DNA of 62,680 bases, the filler included, from Nemertoderma westbladi (lineage: Eukaryota; Animalia; Xenacoelomorpha): the NCBI GenBank assembly GCA_032718475.1. It is 3 parts of 3 records of this genome, joined end to end, with 100 filler letters (N's around TTAATTAATTAA, not from the genome) between each part and the next. Parts side by side here need not be neighbours in the genome. Positions count along the whole stretch, not along the records: positions 21,600 to 48,768 come from JAUCBJ010003469.1; 2 more parts are not named here. One strand, given 5' to 3'. Under the pieces are notes generated by a model that was not told where the DNA came from, did no database searches, and saw only the letters and a program-made list of their open reading frames with translations. Of the stretch, positions 26,001 to 38,900 are shown one piece after another (position 1 is the first letter of the stretch; every line of letters starts with the position of its first letter). The position numbers were made by a program, and so were the translations under genes.

Positions 26001-26789
26001 CTACAACAACCAATATAACTATAATCAGAACCACACCTAGTGGATCACCATGTTGATTGGGTAGAATGGCCTAATATTACATACACATCAACCCAAGTAG
26101 TCTTTGCCTCAGCTTTCATTTTGTTATTGAATAATTTATTTTATGGAGGTTTGTTTGTGCAGCAAGTTGGAGGCAGAGGGAATGTAGTGTCTAACTCTAA
26201 TATCAAGATTGCTAGGGCTGATATGATAGGTGGTAGGTTGAGTGGTCTAAGAGATCACAGAGAGGGAGTGAGAAAGTAGGAGGTGGGTGTGGGCTGTGGG
26301 GGAATATTATTTTTATATATAATATATATAATAAATTGATGTGGCAAGTTGCAAAGAGGGGGGGGGGGGGGGGGGGGGGGGGTAGAGTGGGTAAGAGTTT
26401 GATACTTCAGGGGGGGTAAACGCTATCGTAATATAATAAATAATAATAATAATTGAGGCACAATAATTGAGATTAATGATTGCACCAGGGTGCCCAGTGT
26501 TACAATTTTAAATCTATGAATATGTGAACATTTTTTGTTTCAATTTTGGTGCAGAATTTAATTGTGTATCCGAATATGTAGGTTATTTCTTCTCATCATG
26601 TTTACTTTTAGAGATATAACTAGATTTAACTATGTCATGTTTTCATTTCAATCAAATTAACATTCTTAGGTGACTGTTGGAGTCAAGAACACACTTCCCT
26701 TCTCCTACAACCCACAGCACCTACAAATGGATTCGTGATGCTGGGCCGTGCTGTACTGTAACACCAGTAGGCCTACTGGTTGGCCGGCC

Positions 26790-26960
26790 TAGACAGTGAT
26801 GTCAGTTGATCGCTTTGTTTCATCCTAGCATTTCGTATTTTATTTTTGTCAATGACATCCGAGTTTACATTCAAATCAGCAATAGTGGCAGAACAAATAG
26901 CAGCTGTAGCCCGATCACTAACCTCATAACGATCAGCAATTTTGGAAATACTTGGTTACA
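26790..26960 (-). pseudogene. DNA transposase fragment (hAT/hATm-like N-terminal region)
   Basis: Minus strand reads KIADRYEVSDRATAAICSATIADL...VIDKNKIRNAR, a DRYxVSDRAxAAI motif seen in invertebrate hAT-like transposases. Confidence 0.5.
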
Positions 26961-28497
26961 AACATGAACTCGTACTCTTCTTCCGTGTTTCTATTTCTAC
27001 TGATGTAATATCATGTTGCGGGGTTATGGGAATGTGTTAGTACAACTACTGTACATTTAAATGTTTAGAGGTTCTCATATGTGGGACGCCCAAGTGTGTC
27101 TTTGGTGCGTCCAAGTTTACCTACCGGTACCTCGGCCACTGTGATTAAATAATGGGAGGTTTAATAACGGAATTGTTTTGGTTTAAATACAAAGCCACTT
27201 GGCCACTGCGACCTGCTCCTTTCCTTTTTTATATTTAAATTAGCGAAATTGAATTACTGTTTTTAAACTCATGAACACATATCCCGTGTTAGCAATATAC
27301 AGTATTTGCACCTTTAAATATTTTTCACTATTTCCTCAATTATTTTTGCCTGAACGTTGTAGCACTGTTACTTACGATAATTATATATACAACGACACAT
27401 ACTCATTATTTTTTGTCAAAATTGCATATAAAAAACACGCGTTTTAATAACTGGAAATCGTAATAAACATACAGAATTCCCATGATACTCGGTTTACTGC
27501 TTAACATACAAAGGGAATTAATTTACACATAATCAATATACTACTGTGTATGATGTACTACGCCTGTACTACATCACAACAGAATTAGACAGGCAAATCT
27601 TTCAGAGATTCCGACATAGGCATAGGCCTAGCTAGCTACACGTAGTTTGTAACTTCCATTCCTGTCATTTACCAGTAGGGCCAGCCCCAGGCTTAGGCTT
27701 ACTGCCTTTTTGACAACTACGCGTATGCAAGTGTTTGAGTACACCTAGCACTTCTCGTGGGTCCTATCGGTAGCAGCTGCAGTCCTGAAAATAAAGATTT
27801 TATTTTCCAGGTCCAGTATAGGGCTTGAGTTATTATGCAACTATCGGTAGGCCTTTACTGTATGTCAGGACATGTCAGGTGTCTGATTTTCAGACAAGTT
27901 AAGAAAATATAAAATTTTGAAGGAAATTAATAATTTATAAGAAGTAGAACAGGAACAAGAATATGTTGACCAGCACCATGATATACCTACCACTGCCTAC
28001 CTACAGACCTATTATGTCTGTTAATTCCATGTATTTTCTGATCTTCTTAGGATTTTTACTGCCCTAGTAACTGTAGAAAAAATGAGTGCTTTACAGCTTT
28101 TTAACAATTAATTATTAAGATGAATGCCTTAAAATCACCTTGCCGCGGACTCATGAATTCCACATATATCATTAAGGATAAGTTTCCGTTTCTGGAATTG
28201 GTTGGAACCGTTCTCACTATCGGTGTAATGGTTAATCAGATGGGAGCTGACGAGGTTTCTCTTTGACTCTGGTTCTGCCGAATGATAATCGATTGAAGGC
28301 ACTTAGGCGTACAGTACATGAAGGATGTATACCGTAGTCGGGTTGCAGTTAATGAGAAGCCCACAGTCCAGAAGTCGCTGCTGACCGAGCGAGGTAATGT
28401 TTGGTTTACTAAGCACTAGGGACACAATATTTTTCCATTGTTTGTAATGTCGTCGCCAAATGTCTAGTGATTAAGAAATACAAAAAATTATTATGGT

Positions 28498-29783
28498 CAG
28501 TGCCGGATTAAGCCTCTGGTGGCCCTAAGGCATATTTTAGTAATTTCCAAAAATGGCCCGAAAATTGATATTTTTCCGCAAACCCTTTCAAAAGAAAAGC
28601 TGCTAAAAACAACTGAAATTGTGAAAATTGTTGCGAAGGAAATATAAAGTATTTTCGTTGGATGACTGACTGCTATAAAGTATTTTCGTTGGATGACTGA
28701 CTGCAAATAAATACTACTGTAAGTACTTTAATAATAAGTAGGCCTACTTTGCAAAAATAGTTTTCATCAAGAATTGTAACATTACTAAACGGCATATAAA
28801 ACCTTTGCTATAAAAAAGTGTAATGGTTTTGGTAGAATTTCTCAAGCTTTAATTGTTTAATATATTAATGGGACCATTACTGCCTTACCCAAAATCTATT
28901 TGTTTAATTTATAAAGCTACTATAAAACTAACTTTAACACAATGATCTGTGATCTTTTATATACTACAGTATGAAAACTGAGTATAGGTAGATTCATAAA
29001 CCGTTTGTTCGAAAAATATGGCACTTTTTGAGCGGGTCGGTTTTTTCAAAATTAGGTGCAAAAAAAATTGTTACAAAATCGGCTCTAGAATATCCAAATG
29101 GACATGTTTTACAAAACCAACGATAGTAGTCATAAAGCTGCTGAACATTTTGGTATATGTTTGATGGCAATTGAGTAAAAAATAAAATAGTAGTAGGGAA
29201 TTTAGTGATGAAAAAAGTCAAAATCGACAAACTGATAAAAAGGTTGTTTTATACAGAGAGTCATAAATATCAGCAATATATTATGTTGTTGAAAAGAGCA
29301 GTTTTGAGGTCAAAAAATAATTCAATGTTGAATACCGATATCACCTTATGCAAGCCCTTCTATCAAAATACAAAAAATTGTGCAAATTTTAAAAATTTCA
29401 TTTCTGTGGTGGTTAGAGTTGGCCCCCTTAAGGATGACTAGGCTCCTGTTGGTATTTAGCAATTTTGATCGGATCGTGGGAATGTGTTATTTATATTCTG
29501 TAGGGTAGGTGTTGCACGGTATGCTTACTTATCTTTACTTATCTTATCTTTTGTGCAAAGATATAATATTTCTGATCTAGATTTGGACTTGCTGAGAAAG
29601 TAATGTTCTCCGATAGAATGCACTTTCGTGCTCTGTTTTCTATTAATTTTAGTGAGAAAAAATGTGGACTTTTCAGATAAAAATATTTTTTTCACAAGAA
29701 TGACTCGCTGAGAAAAAATGGCCCGTATTTTCGGCTGGCCCTAAGGCACGTGCCTTATATGCCTTAAGGTTAATCCGGCACTG
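28498..29783. mobile_element. Non-autonomous hAT transposon
   Basis: TIRs CAGTGCCGGATTAA / TTAATCCGGCACTG and exact 8-bp TSD ATTATGGT (28490-28497, 29784-29791). GGCCCTAAGGCA occurs near both ends. Confidence 0.9.
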
Positions 29784-30270
29784 ATTATGGTAGGCTATTA
29801 ATGTAATATTCACTGTTATTTTTTAAAGATTTATGTCTGTTCGATAATGAATTGTGATTTGACTTTACATGAATTCTATTGCAGATGCTATATGATTGTG
29901 CTGAATATGTGTTTCTTAACTCTGTCACATAATGCATGTTGAAACAACACTCTAACAATGATTACCTCAACAACAAACGAAAACAAACTGGTGTTGTTTG
30001 AAGACTGACAATGTTGTACGTCATATTATGAGTGAAGATACCCCACCCCCCCCCCCCCTCCCAAACGTACTTTGACGATTAACTAGATTTTAATTGAAAA
30101 CGGGTCAGTAATAATAATTATTATATTCATTATATAATCCATATTAAACAATACTACCGGTAATAAGTATGTATATATATATATATGTACTCAATGTCTA
30201 TAGCGGCGATCTGGAGGTCAATGCGTGGGACCCTCACGAGGAACATTGCGGGCGCGGGCTGCCTTTTGGG

Positions 30271-30661
30271 GAGCACCCTGGGCGACCTTGCGGTGTGCAC
30301 CCTGACCCTGGGCGACGTTGAGTGGAGCACCCTGACCCTGGGCGACCTTCAATGGAGCACCCTGACTCTGGGCGACGTTGAGTGGAGCACCCTGACCCTG
30401 GGCGATGTTGAGTGGAGCACCCTGACCCTGGGCGACGTTGAGTGGTGCACCCTGACCCTGGGCGACGTTGAGTGGAGCATCCTGACCCTGGGCGACGTTG
30501 AGTGGAGCACCCTGACCCTGGGCGATGTTGAGTGGAGCACCCTGACTCTGGGCGACGTTGAGTGGACCACCCTGACCCTGGGCGATGTTGAGTGGAGCAC
30601 CCTGACCCTGGGCGACGTTGAATGGAGCACCCTGACCCTGGGCGACATTGAGTGGTGCACC
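30271..30661. repeat. 30-bp minisatellite (GAGCACCCTGACCCTGGGCGACGTTGAGTG), ~13 units
   Basis: Tandem units read directly. Confidence 0.95.
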
Positions 30662-31489
30662 TGTCGTAGCCTTATACTATAAGTAATAGAACCCGTATCA
30701 GCCAACACTTTGGTATGCATGGCTCGCCCCTTTTATAGGACTGTCAGACTGTATGTTAGTACAGTACACCACGGCCTATAAGAAGCCGTGGCCCCATACC
30801 AGTATACAGTAGGCCTATGATATATATATGTTTACTTGCTTATATTATATATATGATTGGTATTAACAATAACATTATTGGATGAATTATACTACATTAG
30901 CATGGTGACGGAGCGTCATTCTTTCGTCCATAACATGGCGCAGTGTGTAGCAGCGTAGCTGGAATTTCGAACAACGAACGAAATATGGCGACGCCATCCA
31001 ACATACGCGAGGAGGACTAGCTTGACCTCAACTCGGATGATATCGAACGCCTAGAATGTCCCGCACTGAAAATACATTGCTCACATGCAGGAATAGCGTT
31101 TGACCCGAAAATGCCGTCGGCAACCCTCCGTAAACGTCTCACGAAAGCCATCCATGAACAGGATGAGTCGGGAGACGATGAGAAACCACTCAACTTAACC
31201 AAACTTATCATCCACTTCGAAGAACGGCAACTCGCTGAGGAGGAGCGGGTCAGGTCAGGTATTCTAGGTCATTGATCAAGAAAACTTGCCACCTCCATGC
31301 AGCATAAAGGAGGTGCCACATGTAGCTGCATAGACCCTCTTACTAGGGCAAATAGAATGGCTTTGAAACGCATAGCCCAATGTGGAAATATACCAAACCT
31401 TAACCTCACTCATGCATTATCAAATAACCACATTTCATTTAAGTACAGGATGCATTGGCTATCTGGCGCGAATTTAAAAAGCCTGATGG

Positions 31490-32343
31490 ATTTATAACCA
31501 TGACGTGCAACACCAACTGGCCAGATATCCAGCCTTCGCTTTTTGAAGGAGTGGTGCTGAAGATCATCCTGACCTGGTCACCCATGTCTTCAGAATGAAA
31601 CTCAAACAACTCATTGATGAAGTGTGGGATAAGAAAATATTAGGGAGTCTGAATGCCCGCATTCATATTGTTGAGTTTTAGAAACGTGGTCTACCCCATG
31701 CCCACAACATTCATGTTGAACACATTTATTTATTATTTATAGTCAAGCGACTTTCAGTAAAAAACCTTACCGGTAGGTATGCACTAAAAACCAGTAACAG
31801 TACAGCAGTAAAAACACAATATATATTGTGTTTTTACTGCTGTACTGATTTAGATTGTCTAGATGTCTAGATTTTTGGGGGTGATCACCTCATGCTTGAT
31901 GCCACGGATGTCAACGTGATCACCAGCTACCAGAATATGCATTACATTGGCGCCCCCGAGGCTGCATGGCGCACCCTGAGCTTCGAAATCACGCAGCAGA
32001 TTCCCCCATTCAGGTTCTCCGAATTTATCTGGAGAATGATCAAATGGTCATATTATGCCAGGGGGCTGATCTTCAAAATGTTCTTTCAGAGAAGTCGCAC
32101 AACACTGAATTAACAGCCTTCTTTAACTATAACGCCACCAATCCTGGGACTGATGTTTCCTACGTAGATTTTCCAAAGAAAGTTACGTTTAACCACTCTA
32201 CGAAGAAGTGGTACAAACGTAAGTGCGGTTTTACAGTCAGGCGTGTTCATACTGTCCATCCTTTGTCCGGTTATGAATTTTACCTGCGACTGTTACTCCA
32301 TCAGAACCATTGCAAGGGGAAAACCAGCTTTCAGGTCAACTGA
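31490..32343 (+). pseudogene. Helitron Rep/helicase remnant
   Basis: MTCNTNWPDI, DHPDLVTHVFRMKL, VEF*KRGLPHAH (HUH motif), YIGAPEAAWR, TELTAFF and FYLRLLLH..CKGKTSF, broken by stops, frameshifts and an internal deletion. Confidence 0.9.
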
Positions 32344-32634
32344 GAAACACATCAAGGCATAGCAGTCTGTGCCATTTAAATGTGCTATACATTGGAACTA
32401 AAAAGTAAGTGTTGCTTATTTCTTTTTAAAATTTACTTATTATAATATTCATTACATTTTTGTACCATTATGTAGGGTAGGTATCTACTATCTAGGCACT
32501 CTTTCGTTCTTTATCTGCAATTTTATAATTTTTATTTTTACATTTTTATATTAAAATAATGTTGCTGGCAGGTAAATGACGAAAAACGTCAATAATAATT
32601 TGTTAAACGTTTTTAGTGGGTAAAATAAAAAAGT

Positions 32635-33220
32635 AAGTGGGAAGGTGGGTTTAGATACATGCAGTAATGTATATGGGTGGAGAGTGGGTTTATAGATAAT
32701 GCAGTAATGTACAGTATATAGGTGGAGGGTGGGTTTAGAAACATGCTGTAATGTATATGGGTGGAGGGTGGGTTTATAGATAATGCAGTAATGTACAGTA
32801 TATAGGTGGAGGGTGGGTTTAGATACATGCAGTAATGTATATGGGTGGAGGGTGGGTTTATAGATAATGCAGTAATGTACAGTATATAGGTGGAGGGTGG
32901 GTTTAGCCTGGGAATACCAACACGACGCAGCCTCTCGTATCGTCTCTCGAAGGAAGCGGCGGCCGCTAGTCGTCTATTGGGGCCAAATCCATTATAAGTA
33001 TGTAGTTCGCGTCGGAATCAATTCCGGTAATTGTGTAGCGAATTGTTGGGAACATTCGTCTGAAAATAATTGTTTACTGAATATTTGGGAAAATTCGTCT
33101 GAATGTAATAAATTGTAGCGAAAGAACAACAGTCTTTGTAATTATTATTATTATTTAGATACATGCTGTAATGTATATGGGTGGAGGGTGGGTTTATAGA
33201 TAATGCAGTAATGTACAGTA
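32635..33220. repeat. ~81-bp dimeric tandem repeat (GGTGGAGGGTGGGTTT core), interrupted by a ~250-bp insertion
   Basis: Alternating ~40-bp subunits; the array stops at ~32906 and resumes at ~33155. Confidence 0.8.
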
Positions 33221-33772
33221 GACCAGTTCATATATCGGATTGAGATTCGGATTTGGATTGAGGTTCAGACTAGGAAGGATGGTTCTGTGGTATTAATAAT
33301 AAATACAGTAATTTATTAATGTATCTTACTAAACTATACTGTATCTTACTATATAAAAATTTGAATTTATAATTTTATGTGTTACTTTGACTTCAACCTC
33401 AACAGTTAGTTATCTGAGAGTCGGTATCGGTTCTTACTGGAAAAACATTTGTTTGTTTGTTATTTTACTACTCATTGTAAGAGTCAATAAAAGTGTATAT
33501 TGCTTTAATCCTTAATTATATTGGAATGTAATTAACACTGGAAAAATACCGTATATAAATGACTATAATGGGATAATCAAATCTTGATACATTGACTCTT
33601 ACACCATCCAGTAATATGACCTTTACTTAGATTATACAACGTAGTACAGCTGTTTGTAGGATATAATATTTATTATTCGGTTAGATCAATCTAGAAAATA
33701 TACTACTTAGTCAGATAAAAGTTTACAATTTATTTTGATTCATATCGGACCCTAACATATTGGTGACCCAGA
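33218..33772 (+). mobile_element. Gypsy 5' LTR end and primer-binding site
   Basis: ...CCTAACA (33757), then TAT and TGGTGACCC (PBS at 33761) just before the gag ATG. The left LTR boundary is uncertain. Confidence 0.6.
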
Positions 33773-33773
33773 C

Positions 33774-34670
33774 ATGTCTTTAAACACTTACCGTAAGAGC
33801 CAACTGCAAGAAGTTCTCAGTCAATTACGAGCTGAAAATGACGATTTCAAAATGCCAGCAACGAAAAAGGAAATCATTGAAGAACTTGATAAAGAGAACC
33901 TAACTGTTATTAAAATTCTGCTCAGCCACGCGCAATCAGCTAACCAACAACAACCAATGGCGTCTGGAGGTGAGATCAAACAAAAGGTAAGGTTACCTGA
34001 ATTCTATCCAAAAGACGCACGTGTTTGGTTCCAGCAGGTTGAAGCGGTATTGCTGGGACACAGTCATTCATCTATGAAATCGAATCTATTAGCAGCATTA
34101 CCTACAGAGATAATATTAGATGCAGGTGTCAATGTAACGGATTCTTTTGACATCATTCGGAGCAACATCATCACTCACCTCGCCGATAGTGATGACAGAC
34201 GCTTAAGGAGACTCCTGGCAGAACAGGAGCTCGGCGATCGAAAACCGTCAGCGGCTTTGCGACAGATGTTGCGTCTTGCACCTGGCAACGAGCAGGTTGT
34301 TAGATTGCGATTTCTTGAAATTCTTCCTCCCACTATTAGTATCGTGTTATCAACTTTAGATGACCTTAACCTGGAAAGATTGTCAGAAACAGCAGACAAG
34401 ATGATGGAGCAGCATCAGTCGAAAACAGATCAATCATCTTTATTTCCAGTTGCTCACGTTACCGAACTTGGTGCCCTGCAAGAATCTCAAAGACTCTTAG
34501 TACAATCGCAACAGATGCTTTCTGATCAGATTAACCAAATCAACACACAGCTACGAGCTATGTCATCTAATCGAGAAGATGGTAGAGGTCGTTCATGGCA
34601 ACAACGATCACTAAGTCGGCAAAGAACTCCCAGCCGACGACGTTCTGAATCTCGCTCATATAATCCAACC
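33774..34670 (+). CDS. Ty3/gypsy (Mag-like) gag, interrupted
   Basis: RLPEFYPKDARVWFQQVE and ELGDRKPSAALRQMLRLA motifs with an RS-rich tail. No intact CCHC and no pol follow. Confidence 0.85.
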
Positions 34671-35877
34671 TGTTCGCGCTTTCAGACCTTTGGCAGTTTA
34701 ACCCGCCAAATTAAGATGTCTTCTAGATATTAAATCGTTTTTAGTCTATGACAAGTATTTGATTCACTACACTAGTCGAAACCAATCTGTGCGCGACCAT
34801 TCACCCGCTGGAGATTCCCGGGAGATTGGGTTCGACGGTTTAATTTTATTGCTATGTAAGCCTAATGTATTATTCGACTGACAGTATTATATAATCTCTG
34901 ACAATATTATTCACCTTCGGGAATATTAACAGTTCCTTTAGGACGTGGCGCTTTATCTATATAAACAGAGTTATGACTTAAACTACTCACAACGATATGG
35001 CTTAATTATAATTCACATATATGGCGCATTCTTTAGGCATTGCTTCTTTAACAGACTCACTCATACACAATGCTGCACAATACTGCACACTAATCTGCCA
35101 ATCTTCACTGATTTTAGTCACATATAAAAGGAACACAGGCTGACTCATGTAGGGTCTATCAAATAACATTAGATTCACTTCAAACCACTTTAACATAAGT
35201 CACAATCGTTATTGGTAACCTTTCTCTCTTACCTTCGGTATATCAAGAATATTGGGTTTCGGGGTTATTTATCGTTATTCCAAATATAATAATTCATCAA
35301 CCATATTATGAAGAACTGACAGTAAATAGCAGTATAAAACAACAACTGAACACTGATTGTTATGAGTTTGCAATGTTTCAGCAGTCAGGATGTATGATCA
35401 GTTATCAAGTAGTCGTTAGGTGCGTTAAAGGATATATGTCCTTATAATTAAACCTACTAGTGTAAAACTAAAAACTGAAAACACGGAGGTGCCAAAAGCC
35501 GGTTCTTAGGCTCTGGGCAAAAACATAACACTGCACTACTGAGTTTCTGTATATACCTCCAACACAGAGACAACAAACGCTCTGATTGGTCAACCTGAAC
35601 AACGAGAGAACAAAGAAACAAAGAAACGTCGACGTGGCAATATCAGCTGCTAGCCGTCGTCATGGTAGCGACACTGTTTTCAAGAGTATCGAGCTTTTAC
35701 GTCACAGAATTACGGATTATGTCCTCTAAAGTACAAATACAGAAGAAATAGCGTTTATGTCCGCTAAAATACCAGTACAGCAAGGACACGGCCTTTTTAT
35801 GCCTGGTAAACCAACTACAGAGTATTTTACGGGAAAATAAGGAAAAATAACCGGACAATTCAGCAAAAGCTTTTACA
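34671..35877 (-). mobile_element. 3' LTR (~1.2 kb) of the cargo-bearing BEL/Pao element
   Basis: Minus strand reads GGGAGCGG|TGTAAAAGC at 35885-35869 (BEL-like PPT/LTR junction) and ends ...GCGCGAACA at 34671, with AATAAA near 34845-34850. No second LTR is present to confirm the ends. Confidence 0.65.
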
Positions 35878-35955
35878 CCGCTCCCAGAGAATGGGATTTA
35901 AGTCTATAAAATATACAAAATCACAGTTTCTAAAATATAAAAATACTCTAAACAG

Positions 35956-38900
35956 TTAGTCTTTCTTACGCGGACGGCGTTTACGCAGTTTCTTGAGGTT
36001 AATAAGAGTCCTTTTCTCTTTGGGGCGAGCCACTTTACGAGGAGGGCTGTAGCTCCTAGGCGAAGGGTGCAATATAATTGCATCAGAAGGTGCAGGGTTA
36101 CGATCGGTATACCCGCCGGTCGAAGTACCTGGTTGATTAATATCAACCTCAGTGGAGTGAGGTCTAACGGCCTTTAGAGCGCGTCTTAGGACAGCAGCTC
36201 CTACGGGTCCTTGACGGGTCGTCTGGACACTAGCGGTGGGTGGACCGTGAGTGGTGAGGAACTTTCTCGGTTTAATGGTTCTCTCCAGCTCGCGTTCTCG
36301 GGTTCGATATTCATATGGGCGCCGAGATACTTCCTGGAGTTCAGGATGCGAGTTCACGAAAATGTCACCATACTCAGGGTCCTGACGGATAAAATTGATC
36401 AGGTGATACGTGGTTATATCATTGGGGTTAACGTTTCTAAGGTATTTCCTGACAAACTTGGTGGAAATACACTCACCAACACGCTTGATTAACTCGTAAC
36501 TTGGTACGCGTGTTTTCTGTTCAATCGACGCGAATAGGTAAGGATGGAACGCGTAAACTCCCTCGTAAGCTCGTCCAGGGTAATAGCGATGTCTGGATTC
36601 GCAATGTAAATCTGCGTTCGCTTCCCAAGCTCGGATGTATCGCAGGGTGATCATCTCGTCTACGCTCTCTAAATCGCGATTAAAGGGACAATTGTAACTT
36701 TCGTGTCCTTTAAGTTGGCAGTAGTGACATTGAGTCATAAATTGTGGGCAGACGGCGAATATATGAGAGTTATTAAGCCGGCAATAAGCACAATATATTT
36801 CCATCATCGGTTGTTCGAGGAAATAGGAACAAGGTACGCTCGAGTCGAGAGGAGTGAAGTGGTCTCTCGATGCGCATAATCGACAACGTTTTCGGGAAAC
36901 GTAGTTGGCGTGTCGATAATCGTACGCTGTGAGACGCTGTGGACCTTGATACCATTCTATGACATAATCATTGTCACTGCTCCGAGAAGCCGTAGGTTGA
37001 ATCGCTTCTGATTCCAAGCATACTGGTTCATCCTCCAGCTGCATAGACGAAGTGGGTGTGTCGGTTTCCGTAAGTGGACCCACTGTCTGTATTTCCACGA
37101 CAGAATAACCTGTAGGTATTCGGGGTCTTTGTATAACAGATGAATGTGAATTCTGTATACAAACGTCTTGAAACACGGCAAATCCAGCGCTACTCAGTTT
37201 CTCCGCAGCTGAGTCTCTAAGACTGAGTTTGGTCAGCGCGCGATCCTTGAACTGACTATCGACGTTACGGAACGGAGTCAGAAAGCGCCGGAAACATTCG
37301 AAACGTATGAACTTATTGTGTTCGTCTAACTTGGCGAGTTTAGTTCCAAGTATTAACGGATGAGCGCGTATGGTACGACTGCACACATCGGCTAGCCAAC
37401 CGGCAAGTGCTGCGTTTTCAAAGATCGTGTATATAGCTAAGGAAGGGCGAAGTGGAACACTCATAAAGCTATATACGGCACCAGGCGCAGTTAATGGTCC
37501 ATCAAAATATAAACGAGAGTAATGATCTCCATATACTTGCTGGTAATTTATAGGATTTCCAACTTTGAAATTCCAACCATATTCTTGAAAGGCAAGATGT
37601 CCGATGGATGTCCGTTGTACTTTAGTAATGCCGCTGGGTGTATTGGCATACATAGTGCGAAAGAAACCTCGGCCTTCGGCCCAAGGAGCAATCAGCTGAG
37701 TATCAATGAAAGGGTATGGAATGTTCTCCATATTCCGGAAGTCGTTTTGGAGATCTCCATAAACAGCTGAGCCGATTTTTAGAATTCTTTCGTTAAACAA
37801 CATTGCGAGTACAGGTTGGGGTAACATTGATCCATCGATACCCATGGCCGGTTTGCGTTCGGTGTCGGTGACGTAACGCTGCGCGAGTTCGAATTGTCCA
37901 TGTCGAAGTTTCTTTTGTATCTCCGTAAGAGTTTCAAAAGAATAATCAATCACGTCAGAACACGCTCGAGTGAATACGTGGGTAGAACCAGCGAGTCCTC
38001 GTATATGTATCATTCGCGTAGTTCCTAATTCTCCCACCGGAACGCTACCTTCGTTGTCGTAAGTAACAACGCCATACATCTCGATAACGTTAAGAGTCTC
38101 GTTCCATTCTTTAGTGGCGTTTTCGAGAGTCATTCCCACTGGATGCCACAAAGTAGCGCACTCGTTAGCATTGGGTAAATCTCCATACTTTAAGCATTGT
38201 GTAGTATAGGTTTCCACATCTCCATATCGTTTTATTCTTTCTTCCTCGAATAACACGTCGAGATTCCAGTGCACCAATCGAGTTTTAATAAATCCATCAA
38301 GATTGTACGGAGGTGCTATTTCTTTCTCTATTCTAGAAATATTATACGGTTTTCTAAATGAGTTTAGTTTAACTAGCTGATCTAGGTGTTTTTGTAGTTG
38401 TTCGAGTTCGACAAGGTCGAGAGGATTGATCAATGGTAGAAACTTCAGACTATGCGTAGGATCTTCGGGTTTCACCATGTAATATTGCTTTAAATTGACG
38501 TAATAAGGATGATCCTTAATTCCATAAAATGAGTCCGGCAAAGGTCTAGCGCGTATGTTAATATCGTGCACCATGCGACGGACAAGATCCGCTCTATTGT
38601 CCGGAGGCTCAACAAGTACGCCATCGACACGAGCAGCCTCGACGGGTGGACGTTGTAGCATGGGAGCGTCAGCAACGAGCTCTTGAGATCTGAGATCAGT
38701 ATTAACCGGTTGAGGCTGTACCGTAGCAAAGAGCTTGTCTTTAAAATGAGGAACCATCGAGGGGTGAAGAATCGTTTTGGAATAGAGATCCGTTACGAGA
38801 ATTTGAGCTTCTGGTTGGGCTAAAGCTGCTTCTTCCCTCTCAGTCAGCTCTATATGTCTCTCCTCGAGCTGATTTTCCTCCGCTTGTTGCTGCAAGCGCT

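Noticed and set aside
28120-28400. Possible first exon (MKDVYRSRVAVNEK...ER|gtaatg)
   Set aside because: Short, no recognisable homology, and no linked downstream exon found on this contig.
32905-32925. 5S rRNA gene or 5S-derived SINE (GCCTGGGAATACC)
   Set aside because: Only 13 nt match; the upstream A/C-box sequence and the rest of 5S are absent.
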